Below, one piece after another: positions 37,646-45,574 of a stretch of 45,574 nucleotides of DNA. The stretch spans positions 1 to 45,574 of the forward strand of contig JAQGJY010000049.1 of NCBI GenBank assembly GCA_028290325.1. The letters are read 5' to 3'. Each line of letters opens with the position of its first letter. Position 1 is the first letter of the stretch. Under the pieces are notes generated by a model. That model was not told the origin of the DNA. It worked only from the letters and a program-made list of their open reading frames with translations, and made no database searches. This DNA comes from Tardiphaga sp. (GTDB lineage Bacteria > Pseudomonadota > Alphaproteobacteria > Rhizobiales > Xanthobacteraceae). The position numbers and the translations under genes were made by a program.

Positions 37646-38887
37646 TTACGCCGCGCTGGGCAGCGCCGTGGCGGCGTCGTCGCGCCGGATCGGCGGACGC
37701 ACGTTCATCAAGATCTGGAACGCACCGGCGATCAGGCCAATCAACACCGCCGCCTGCCAGGCGCGATCGTAACTGCCGAGCCGATCGTAGATCATGCCAC
37801 CACCCCAGGCGCCGATGAACGAGCCGGCTTGATGGCTGAGAAAGGCGATGCCCGTCAACGTCGCCATGAAGCGCAGGCCGAACAGCTGCGCGACGAGACC
37901 GTTGACCAGCGGCACGACGCCCAGCCACAGCGAGCCCATGATCGCGGCAAACACCATCGTCGAGGCGGCGCTGGCCGGAAACCAGAAATACGCCGCCAGC
38001 GACACCGAACGCACAATGTAGATGCCACCGAGCAGATACTGCTTCGGATAACGGCCGCCGAGATAGCCGAACGCGTAGGATCCGAACACGTTGAACAGGC
38101 CGATGATCGCCAGCGCCGTGGCGCCGAGCGACGGATCGAGCCCGCAGATCGCCAGATAATTCGGCAGATGCGTGGTGATGAAAACGAGTTGCAATCCGCA
38201 CACAAAAAACGCGATCGCCATGACAACGAAGCCGGAATGGCCCAGCGCCGATTGCACGACGGCGCCGATCTTCTGGTCGGTCTCGTCGGCCTTGGCGAGT
38301 TCGATCTCGTCGGCACGCCCGGCGAAGAACGCCGCCGGCAACATCACCGCGACCAGGCCGAGGAAGCCGATCAGCGCCACCTGCCAGCCCGCCGTCGAGA
38401 TCAACGTCTGTGCCAGCGGCGATGCGATCACGAGTCCGAGCGATCCGACCGCCGACACCGCGCCCATCGCGACGCTGCGCTTGGCCGCCGTGACCGTGCG
38501 CGAGGTGACGGTCATCGTCATGCTCGACGCGGTGCACGACAGAGCGAGGCCGATGCAGAGACCGGCACCGAGCGTGAACATCAACGCGGACGTCGCGATC
38601 ATCATGATGACGAGGCCGGCGGCATAGATCACGACGCCCGACAGCATCACCCAGCGGGCGCCGAACCGATCCGCGATCAGACCGACCATGGGCTGCGACA
38701 CGCCCCACACAACATTCTGCAATGCCGTCGCCAGCGAGAAGTCCGCTGTGGTGATGCCGACATCGCGAATCACCGAGGGCTGAAACAGGCCGAAGCTCTG
38801 TCGCATACCCATTGCCAGGCTCAGCAGAATGGCCGCCCCGGCTAAAATCGACCAGCGTTGAAAGCTTGTGAGCTGAGCCTGTGTCAT
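37646..38887 (-). CDS. MFS transporter
   Basis: About 12 TM helices; GLIADRFGAR motif A; CGLQLVFITTHLP; SHQAGSFIG. Confidence 0.92.
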   Translation of the reverse strand: MTQAQLTSFQRWSILAGAAILLSLAMGMRQSFGLFQPSVIRDVGITTADFSLATALQNVVWGVSQPMVGLIADRFGARWVMLSGVVIYAAGLVIMMIATSALMFTLGAGLCIGLALSCTASSMTMTVTSRTVTAAKRSVAMGAVSAVGSLGLVIASPLAQTLISTAGWQVALIGFLGLVAVMLPAAFFAGRADEIELAKADETDQKIGAVVQSALGHSGFVVMAIAFFVCGLQLVFITTHLPNYLAICGLDPSLGATALAIIGLFNVFGSYAFGYLGGRYPKQYLLGGIYIVRSVSLAAYFWFPASAASTMVFAAIMGSLWLGVVPLVNGLVAQLFGLRFMATLTGIAFLSHQAGSFIGAWGGGMIYDRLGSYDRAWQAAVLIGLIAGAFQILMNVRPPIRRDDAATALPSAA

Positions 38888-38996
38888 CGAATGTCGTCCC
38901 GGCAGATGATTTGTCCTATTCTGGCATCGGCGGCGACGCTTGACCATCCGCCGCGATATCATGCGTGGTCCGCGTTACGCGAGAATGGAGACGGCC

Positions 38997-39521
38997 ATGA
39001 GCATCGAAATCGATATCGTCTCCGGTAACGTTGGCTGGCCCTACGCCAAGCCGCTGCTGGAAGCGGTGTGGCCAAGTGCCGAGGTCGCGAAATCGTCATG
39101 GGGCCATATCGAATGGGCCAAAGCCGATCTGCGCGTGCTGGTCGAGACGCCCGACGACGTGGTTTGTCACGTCGGCCTAGTTTTCAGGACCGTGCTGTGG
39201 AAGGGCCGTAAACATGCGATCGCTGGCATCGGCGGTGTCGCCACGCATCCCGACCATCGCCGCAGCGGCTATGCCAGCATCGGGCTTGACGCCGCCGTCC
39301 GGACCATTCGCGATCGCGAGGCGATCGATTTCGCGTTGTTGTTTTGCGAGCCGCATAACTTCGCCTTCTACGAGGCGCGCGGCTGGCACCGCTTCGACGG
39401 CGTCATCATGGCCGAGCAGGCCGGCGCGCGAATCCGGTTCGAGGTCATGACCCCGTACGTCTTCGACGTCAAGAACGCGCCGCGCGAAGGCGCCATCGAC
39501 CTATGCGGTTTGCCGTGGTGA
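38997..39521 (+). CDS. GNAT-family N-acetyltransferase
   Basis: GIGGVATHPDHRRSGYA acetyl-CoA motif, FYEARGW and C-terminal DLCGLPW. Confidence 0.88.
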   Translation: MSIEIDIVSGNVGWPYAKPLLEAVWPSAEVAKSSWGHIEWAKADLRVLVETPDDVVCHVGLVFRTVLWKGRKHAIAGIGGVATHPDHRRSGYASIGLDAAVRTIRDREAIDFALLFCEPHNFAFYEARGWHRFDGVIMAEQAGARIRFEVMTPYVFDVKNAPREGAIDLCGLPW

Positions 39522-39619
39522 TCCCTGCTTTCGTGGGCATGGCACTGCCGCGCAAGTTCATAGTATGTTGAACGTCATTCTTTCATTCCGTCGCGCGGCC
39601 TCGGCCCGGAAAGTCTCGC

Positions 39620-41032
39620 ATGACCATCGACTCTCCGATCGGCGCCACGATCAACATCCAGCCTGACGCGGCCTTGTTGGCCGCCACCAGGCCGAAGCTC
39701 GCCGCCACCAGCGGGCTTCTCACGGCGCCCATTCTGCCGACGATGCTGAAGCTGGCGCTGCCGAATTCGATCGCGATGTTCGGCACCGCCTTGGTCGCGG
39801 TGGCGGAAACGTCATACATCGGCCGACTCGGCACCGAGCCGCTGGCGGCGATCGCGCTGGTGTTTCCGTTCACGATGCTGACGCAGATGATGTCGGCCGG
39901 CGCGATGGGCGGCGGCGTGTCGTCCGCGATCAGCCGCGCGCTCGGCGCCGGCGACCGTGACCGCGCCGCGACATTGGCGCTGCACGCCGTGATCATCGGG
40001 ACCTGCGCCGGCCTGTTGTTCACCGTCGTCATGCTGGCGTTCGGCGGCGCGTTCTATGCCATGCTTGGCGGGCGCGGCGAGGTTCTGAATCAGGCGCTGG
40101 CCTATTCGCATGTGTTGTTTGCCGGGGCGACCGGCATCTGGCTCGTCAACACGCTGGCCTCGGTGCTGCGCGGCACCGGCGACATGCGCCTGCCGTCGCT
40201 GGTGTTGATCGGGGTCGCCGCGATTCAAGTCGTGGTCGGCGGCGGGCTTGGCCTCGGCCTCGGCGGGCTGCCGCGACTCGGCATGGCTGGCGTCGCCGCC
40301 GGCCAGATGGTCGCCTTCGCGCTCGGCACGCTGTTTTTGCTGTGGATTCTCGCCAGCGGCCGCAGCCGACTGACGCTGAAGCTCTCCGCGTTCAAGTTCG
40401 AGCGGACCATGTTCATGGATATCCTGCGCGTCGGCGCGGTGTCATGCCTGTCGCCGCTGCAAACCGTGCTGACGATCCTGATCTTCACCAAAATTCTCGC
40501 CGGTTTCGGCACCGCGACACTGGCCGGCTACGGCATCGGCTCGCGGCTGGAATTCCTGCTGATTCCGATCGCCTTCGCGTTCGGCGTCGCGTCGATCCCG
40601 ATGGTCGGCATGGCGATCGGCGCGGGTCTCGTGTCGCGCGCGCGCCGCGTCGCATGGACGGCGGGCCTGTGCGCGGCGATCGTGGTCGGCGGCGTCGGCC
40701 TGATTGTCGCCATCTGGCCGACCTTGTGGATCTCACTGTTCACCGACGATCCCGCCGTCGCCGCCGCGGCATCGAGCTATTTCCATTGGGCCGGGCCGGC
40801 GTTTGGCTTTTTCGGGATCGGCGTCTGCATGTATTTCTCGTCGCAGGGCGCCGCGAAGGTCGGCGGCCCCGTCATCGCCGGCACCGTGCGGCTGCTGATG
40901 GTCGCGCTCGGCGGCTGGTGGCTGGTGTCGATCGGCGCGCCGCCCTGGACGTTGTTCGCGCTCGTCAGTGCGGCGATGGTCGCCTACGGAATATCAACCG
41001 TGATCGCGATCAAGGTCACGCGCTGGGGCTAG
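39620..41032 (+). CDS. MATE-family efflux transporter
   Basis: ILPTMLKLALP, IGRLGTEPLAA, LRGTGDMR and LAGYGIGSRLE motifs; about 12 TM helices. Confidence 0.93.
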   Translation: MTIDSPIGATINIQPDAALLAATRPKLAATSGLLTAPILPTMLKLALPNSIAMFGTALVAVAETSYIGRLGTEPLAAIALVFPFTMLTQMMSAGAMGGGVSSAISRALGAGDRDRAATLALHAVIIGTCAGLLFTVVMLAFGGAFYAMLGGRGEVLNQALAYSHVLFAGATGIWLVNTLASVLRGTGDMRLPSLVLIGVAAIQVVVGGGLGLGLGGLPRLGMAGVAAGQMVAFALGTLFLLWILASGRSRLTLKLSAFKFERTMFMDILRVGAVSCLSPLQTVLTILIFTKILAGFGTATLAGYGIGSRLEFLLIPIAFAFGVASIPMVGMAIGAGLVSRARRVAWTAGLCAAIVVGGVGLIVAIWPTLWISLFTDDPAVAAAASSYFHWAGPAFGFFGIGVCMYFSSQGAAKVGGPVIAGTVRLLMVALGGWWLVSIGAPPWTLFALVSAAMVAYGISTVIAIKVTRWG

Positions 41033-41087
41033 CGTTGCACAAATCGGAGTTTTTGTTATGCAGGGGCATCGGCAAAGGAGCCTCTGC

Positions 41088-41528
41088 ATGACGATGACAT
41101 CCCGACCAGCGATCGCCCTTCTGGGCACCCTGCTCCTCGCGACCACGGCGTCCGCGCAAGACCCGGTGGAACCGACCGGCGTCTGGCAGACGCAGGCTGG
41201 CGACGCGCGCGTCAAGGTCTCGAAATGCGGTGCCGGCTTGTGCGGCGTCATCGTCTCCATCCGCGACAAGATCGATCCAGCCACCGGCAAGCCGGCCGTC
41301 GATGACAAGAACCCCAATCCGGCGCTGAAGGACCGGCCGATGGTCGGTGTGTCGTTGTTCTCCAGCATGCGGCCGGTCGGCCTCAATAAATGGTCCGGCA
41401 CCATCTACAATGCCGATGACGGCAACTCCTATGCCAGCAATATTTCGGTCGCCGGTCCGGATCGACTGCGCGTCGAAGGCTGCGTCGGCCCGATCTGCGG
41501 CGGCGAGACCTGGACCCGGATGCGGTAA
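41088..41528 (+). CDS. DUF2147-family exported protein
   Basis: Signal peptide; PTGVWQT, LCGVIV, DKNPNP, WSGTIYNADDG and GC...C...TWTR motifs; AAGGAG SD. Confidence 0.88.
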   Translation: MTMTSRPAIALLGTLLLATTASAQDPVEPTGVWQTQAGDARVKVSKCGAGLCGVIVSIRDKIDPATGKPAVDDKNPNPALKDRPMVGVSLFSSMRPVGLNKWSGTIYNADDGNSYASNISVAGPDRLRVEGCVGPICGGETWTRMR

Positions 41529-41768
41529 AGCGTCAGGACGCGGTCTCGTCGCGCCCTGGCGGCAAATGAATCGTAGCTATTGGGCCGGAAACGGCGCAAG
41601 GTTTGTCTCGATGTCTTGGCCTTGCGCGTCGCGCGCGGCAGATGGCGCGTGCGAATGGGCCCAGTCTCGCGATGTTGATAGTGCCGGCATTCGCGCCCAA
41701 CCGATCGACGGCGATAGGCGCGCGCGATTCAGTCAAATCAACCGCGGCCTGGATGACCGATGCCGCCC

Positions 41769-42065
41769 ATGAGTGACGCACCCGTCGATCTCGACAGCCA
41801 TCGCGGCATGGCGGCGCAGAAGGCCACCGATATTCGCCGCGTGCTTGCTGATGTCGAAGCCAATGGCCGCGCGTTGCGCGAACGGCAGGACGAACTTGAG
41901 GCGCAATTGCTCGCGGTGCCTGCAACGTCATGGCCGGACGCCGCCGCCAAGGCGCGTTACGTTCTCAATCTCTACGTCGCGTCGTTGGCCAAGGACGACT
42001 CGCAGCATCGTTTGCTGGTCGCGGCGGTGCTGGCTGACTTCACGCGGCTCGACGCCGAAATCTGA
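41769..42065 (+). CDS. Conserved hypothetical helical protein
   Basis: PVDLDSHRGMAAQKATDIRR...SWPDAAAKARY...DF; typical codon usage. The start may instead be 41760. Confidence 0.78.
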   Translation: MSDAPVDLDSHRGMAAQKATDIRRVLADVEANGRALRERQDELEAQLLAVPATSWPDAAAKARYVLNLYVASLAKDDSQHRLLVAAVLADFTRLDAEI

Positions 42066-42273
42066 TTTCTCACCACGAAAGAAAGATCATCATGCAAAAT
42101 CTGTTGTCGCGTCATGTTTTGAAAGACGAATCGTTACGGCTTGGCGTCGAATCCGGCTGGTATGGTCACAAGGTCAGCGGCACTTTCGTCGCCGGTCCCT
42201 ATGCCACCAAGGAAGAATGCAACATGCGGATTGCCGAACTCGATCCGCCCGCCCCGAAGAAGAAGCGCTGAGG

Positions 42274-42555
42274 ATGCCGCTGACCCCCGGCGATTTCCGT
42301 TCTTATGACGACGATCGTCAGGTCGTGCGCTTCACCATGCTGAATGCCGGGGTGGAAGTGCCCTGCGCCGTCTCGACCGACGCGATGGACCGGATCGGCG
42401 GCAAGGCGCGCGGCGGTCCGCAGGCGCGCGAGCAGCAGTTCCTCCAGCTGCGCGGCCAGATCGAGGATCGCGCCCAGCACAAATTCGACGCCGTCGAACT
42501 GGAAGGGCTGCCGCCCGGCGTGATCCTCCGCAGCATCGACTTTCCGGCGCCTTAG
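42274..42555 (+). CDS. DUF1488-like small protein
   Basis: MPLT...VRFTM...VPCAVSTDAMD...FLQLRGQIE...KF...LRSIDF pattern. Confidence 0.75.
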   Translation: MPLTPGDFRSYDDDRQVVRFTMLNAGVEVPCAVSTDAMDRIGGKARGGPQAREQQFLQLRGQIEDRAQHKFDAVELEGLPPGVILRSIDFPAP

Positions 42556-42563
42556 CCGCGCGG

Positions 42564-43820
42564 TTACGCCCACTCGCCTTTGCGGAACACCGGCACGCGG
42601 CGGCCATCGGCATGGACGCCGTCGATGTCGGTCTCGCCGGAGCCGATCATCCAGTCGATATGGATGAAGCTCTTGTTGCCGCCTTGCGCCGCGATCTGCT
42701 GCGGCGACAGCTTCGCACCGTCGACGAAGCATTTCGTGTAGCATTGACCAAGCGCGATATGGCACGCGGCGTTTTCGTCGAACAGCGTATTGTAGAACAG
42801 CAATCCGCTGGCCGAGATCGGCGACGAATGCGGCACCAGCGCGACCTCGCCGAGCCGGCGCGATCCCTCATCTGTATCGAGCACCTTGGTTAGAACCTCC
42901 TGACCGCGCGCGGCCTGGGCCGCAACGATGCGGCCGGCCTCGAAGCGAACCTCGATCTGGTCGATCAACGAGCCTTGATAGGACAGCGGCTTCGTGCTGC
43001 GCACGTGACCTTCGACGCGGGTCGCATGCGGGGTCGTGAAAACCTCCTCGGTCGGAATGTTGGGATTGCAGATGATGCCGTTTCTGGCGGTGGATGCGCC
43101 GCCCTGCCATTCATGGCCATCAGCGAGGCCGACCGTGAGATCGGTGCCCGGTCCGGTGAAATGCAGCGCGTGGAAGCGCTGGCCGTTCAGCCATTGCGTG
43201 CGCGCGCGCAGCGTCGCGTTATGCGCCGTCCAGTTGGCGACCGGATCGTCATTGTCCACCCGCGACGCCGCGAAGATCGCGTCGGCCAACTTGCCGACCG
43301 CGATGTCATCGCTGTCATCGGGAAACATCTGCTTGGCCCAGGCGAGGCTCGGATAGGCCAGAATATTCCAGTTGATGTCGAAGCCGACGATCTTCTCCAA
43401 CGCCGGCTGATAGGCGATCGAATTGGCCTTGCTGGCGCGCGCCACCTTCGCCGGATCCTCGCCCGACAAAAGCATCGGATTGTCGCCGACGATGGCGAGC
43501 CGCGCGGTATTGTGACCGAGCGCTTTTGCGACGCCCTCGTAGAGCCAGCCGGCGGCGCGATCGAAACTCAGATCGTGACCGTGGCGATAGCGCGCCAATG
43601 TCACCTCCTCATCAGAGATCAGCGGCGTCACCAGCCCGGCACCGGCTTTATAAGCGTGTTCGGCGATCTTGCGGACCAGCGGCAGAGCGACGCTCGGCGC
43701 CGTCAACAACAGATCCTGCCCCGGCTGAAGTTGCAGCCCGACCGTCACCGCGACCTCCGCGAGTCTGTCGAGCTTCACGGGATCGATCGGCGGGGCAATG
43801 TTGCGCTGATGCAGGGTCAT
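42564..43820 (-). CDS. M29 aminopeptidase (AmpS/PepS, aminopeptidase T family)
   Basis: GPGTDL, NIPTEEVFTTP, GEVALV, LFDENAACHIALG and HIDWMIG motifs. Confidence 0.94.
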   Translation of the reverse strand: MTLHQRNIAPPIDPVKLDRLAEVAVTVGLQLQPGQDLLLTAPSVALPLVRKIAEHAYKAGAGLVTPLISDEEVTLARYRHGHDLSFDRAAGWLYEGVAKALGHNTARLAIVGDNPMLLSGEDPAKVARASKANSIAYQPALEKIVGFDINWNILAYPSLAWAKQMFPDDSDDIAVGKLADAIFAASRVDNDDPVANWTAHNATLRARTQWLNGQRFHALHFTGPGTDLTVGLADGHEWQGGASTARNGIICNPNIPTEEVFTTPHATRVEGHVRSTKPLSYQGSLIDQIEVRFEAGRIVAAQAARGQEVLTKVLDTDEGSRRLGEVALVPHSSPISASGLLFYNTLFDENAACHIALGQCYTKCFVDGAKLSPQQIAAQGGNKSFIHIDWMIGSGETDIDGVHADGRRVPVFRKGEWA

Positions 43821-44000
43821 GCGTTGGGTCCGGGCTAAGTTGCGACAGCCAAATCATAGGTGCGCCGACGCATCCACGCTAGCGGGACGCGGAGCTGGGA
43901 TGCGATGTCTCTTCGACAAGCGACCAAGTTCGCGTCTATAGTCGGATCGCGACAGATCGAGACGCGAGAACCGCGCCGATTCCATCATGAGGAAACAACA

Positions 44001-45275
44001 ATGAAGACTGCTTACGCAGCCCGCCAGACATCCTATGCCCTCACCCCCGGCGACGAACTGAACGATTTGCGAATGTCGGAGCAGGTCCGGCCGCTTTACG
44101 ATCACGTCCGCAAATTCATCGCGACGACGGTCGAGCCGATGTCGCATGAGTTCTACCGCGCCGGCGAGAAGAAAACCGACCGCTGGTCGTTCACGCCGGA
44201 ACAGCTCGACATCCTCGGCAAGGCCAAAAACAAAGCCAAGGAAGAAGGCCTGTGGAATTTCTTTCTGCCCGACGCCGATACCGGCGACGGCCTGAAGAAT
44301 CTCGACTACGCCTATATCGCCGCTGAACTCGGCAAAAACCCGCTGGCCTCGGAGACGATGAACTGCTCCGCGCCCGATACCGGCAACATGGAAGTGCTGG
44401 AGCGCGTCGGCACATCCGCGCAGAAGGAAAAATGGCTGAAGCCTCTGCTGGCCGGCGAAATCCGCTCGGCCTATGCGATGACCGAGCCGAACGTCGCCTC
44501 ATCCGATGCCAAGAACATCTCGACCACCGCGAAGCTCGTCGGCGACGAGTGGGTCATCAACGGCGAGAAGTATTACATTTCCGGCCTCGGCGATCCGCGC
44601 TGCAAGATCATGATCGTCATGGTCAAGACCAATCCGGACGCCGCTCCGAGCAAGCAGCAGTCGCAGATTCTGGTTCCGGTCGATACGCCCGGCGTCGAGG
44701 TGATCGGCCCGATGCATGTGTTCGGTCATGATCACGCCCCGCGCGGCCACATGCACATGCGTTTCAACGACGTCCGCGTGCCCAAGGAAAACATCCTGCT
44801 CGGCGAAGGGCGCGGCTTCGAGATTTCGCAGGTCCGTCTTGGTCCGGGCCGCATCCATCACTGCATGCGGACGATCGGCAAGGCCGAGAAGGCGCTCGAC
44901 ATGATGGTGGCGCGCGGTCTCACGCGCGAGGCCTTCGGCAAGCAGATCGCGCATCTCGGCGGCAATCTCCAGATCATCGCGCAGGCGCGCTGCGAGATCG
45001 AGGCGATGCGGCTGATGGTGCTCAAGGCCGCCAAGGCGATGGACGTGCTCGGCAATAAGGAAGCCCGGATCTGGGTCAGCATGGTGAAGGCCATGATTCC
45101 CGAACGCGCCTGCAAGATCATCGACCAGTCGATCCAGATGCACGGCGCGACCGGCATCTCGCAATGGACGCCGTTGGCCGAGATGTACACCGACGTGCGC
45201 CACCTGCGGTTCGCCGACGGCCCGGATGAAGTGCACTGGATGGTGGTCGGTCGTCACGAACTGACGATGCAGTAA
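44001..45275 (+). CDS. Acyl-CoA dehydrogenase
   Basis: NCSAPDTGNMEVL, AMTEPNVASSDA, INGEK, RLGPGRIHHCMR, QMHGATG and DGPDEVH motifs; GAGGA SD. Confidence 0.95.
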   Translation: MKTAYAARQTSYALTPGDELNDLRMSEQVRPLYDHVRKFIATTVEPMSHEFYRAGEKKTDRWSFTPEQLDILGKAKNKAKEEGLWNFFLPDADTGDGLKNLDYAYIAAELGKNPLASETMNCSAPDTGNMEVLERVGTSAQKEKWLKPLLAGEIRSAYAMTEPNVASSDAKNISTTAKLVGDEWVINGEKYYISGLGDPRCKIMIVMVKTNPDAAPSKQQSQILVPVDTPGVEVIGPMHVFGHDHAPRGHMHMRFNDVRVPKENILLGEGRGFEISQVRLGPGRIHHCMRTIGKAEKALDMMVARGLTREAFGKQIAHLGGNLQIIAQARCEIEAMRLMVLKAAKAMDVLGNKEARIWVSMVKAMIPERACKIIDQSIQMHGATGISQWTPLAEMYTDVRHLRFADGPDEVHWMVVGRHELTMQ

Positions 45276-45365
45276 TCCAGACCTGCTCAGCGCGATGCGG
45301 CGGATGGTCGAAGCACCCGCCGCATCGCATGGGCCGCTGCCCGGACGAGCATGAAATTAAACGAC

Positions 45366-45397
45366 ATGAAAAACCCGCCAAAAGGCGGGCTTTTCAT
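45366..45397. terminator. Intrinsic terminator-like hairpin
   Basis: ATGAAAAACCCGCC-AAAA-GGCGGGCTTTTCAT. Confidence 0.7.
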
Positions 45398-45414
45398 TTA
45401 ACCGATCTCGAAGA

Positions 45415-45440
45415 TTGTTGCGGGGACAGGTTTCGACCTT
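45415..45440 (-). other. Degenerate 3' fragment of a tRNA-fMet-like sequence, possibly an att scar
   Basis: Minus strand AGGTCGAAACCTGTCCCCGCAACAA versus the canonical tRNA-fMet 3' end AGGTTCAAATCCTGCCCCCGCAACCA. Confidence 0.45.
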
Positions 45441-45574
45441 CGTCCTAACTTCTTCGATCCGATAATTTTGCCGAGGATGGCAAAGTCGAGGATGCCGATC
45501 AGTTCGCCGTGCAGCTCGGAGCGAAGTGATAGCCGATGCTTCAGTCTATGCCGGTTCTTCGAACTTCGCGGCGC

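Noticed and set aside
42224-42271. 15-aa ORF MRIAELDPPAPKKKR ending just before the DUF1488-like gene
   Set aside because: Too short to distinguish from chance without conservation or Ribo-seq data.

Overview
A GC-rich chromosomal window from an alphaproteobacterium, probably Nitrobacteraceae/Bradyrhizobiaceae judging by gene content and intergenic palindrome families. It is mostly core genes: ccrM, mutY-dciA-dsbA, aroKB, smc, a CorB/HlyC transporter, argJ, hemH, a dcp-DUF1007-RcnA/NicO operon, a polyamine cluster (speF-leader RNA, ornithine decarboxylase, RidA, homospermidine synthase), a Zur-box-headed zinc operon (small His-rich ORF, ABC transporter, COG0523 GTPase, WD40 protein), crcB, sodB, MFS, GNAT, MATE, an M29 aminopeptidase and an acyl-CoA dehydrogenase. 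I see no transposase, CRISPR array, rRNA or intact tRNA. The most interesting observations are: (1) the orphan speF leader is read through by a 124-codon ORF with a hairpin-buried ATG, which overlaps the decarboxylase start and crosses a candidate anti-SD helix, suggesting leader-peptide control; (2) REP/RPE-like palindromes sit in frame inside the N-termini of two metal-transport genes; (3) an apparent 7.5-kb inversion (aroB to smc) has degenerate inverted repeats at its inferred ends; (4) several small membrane ORFs are missing from the ORF track; (5) the hemH stop is triplicated; (6) a tRNA-fMet-like att scar lies at the right edge. All calls come from reading the sequence and recalled family motifs; no searches were run.
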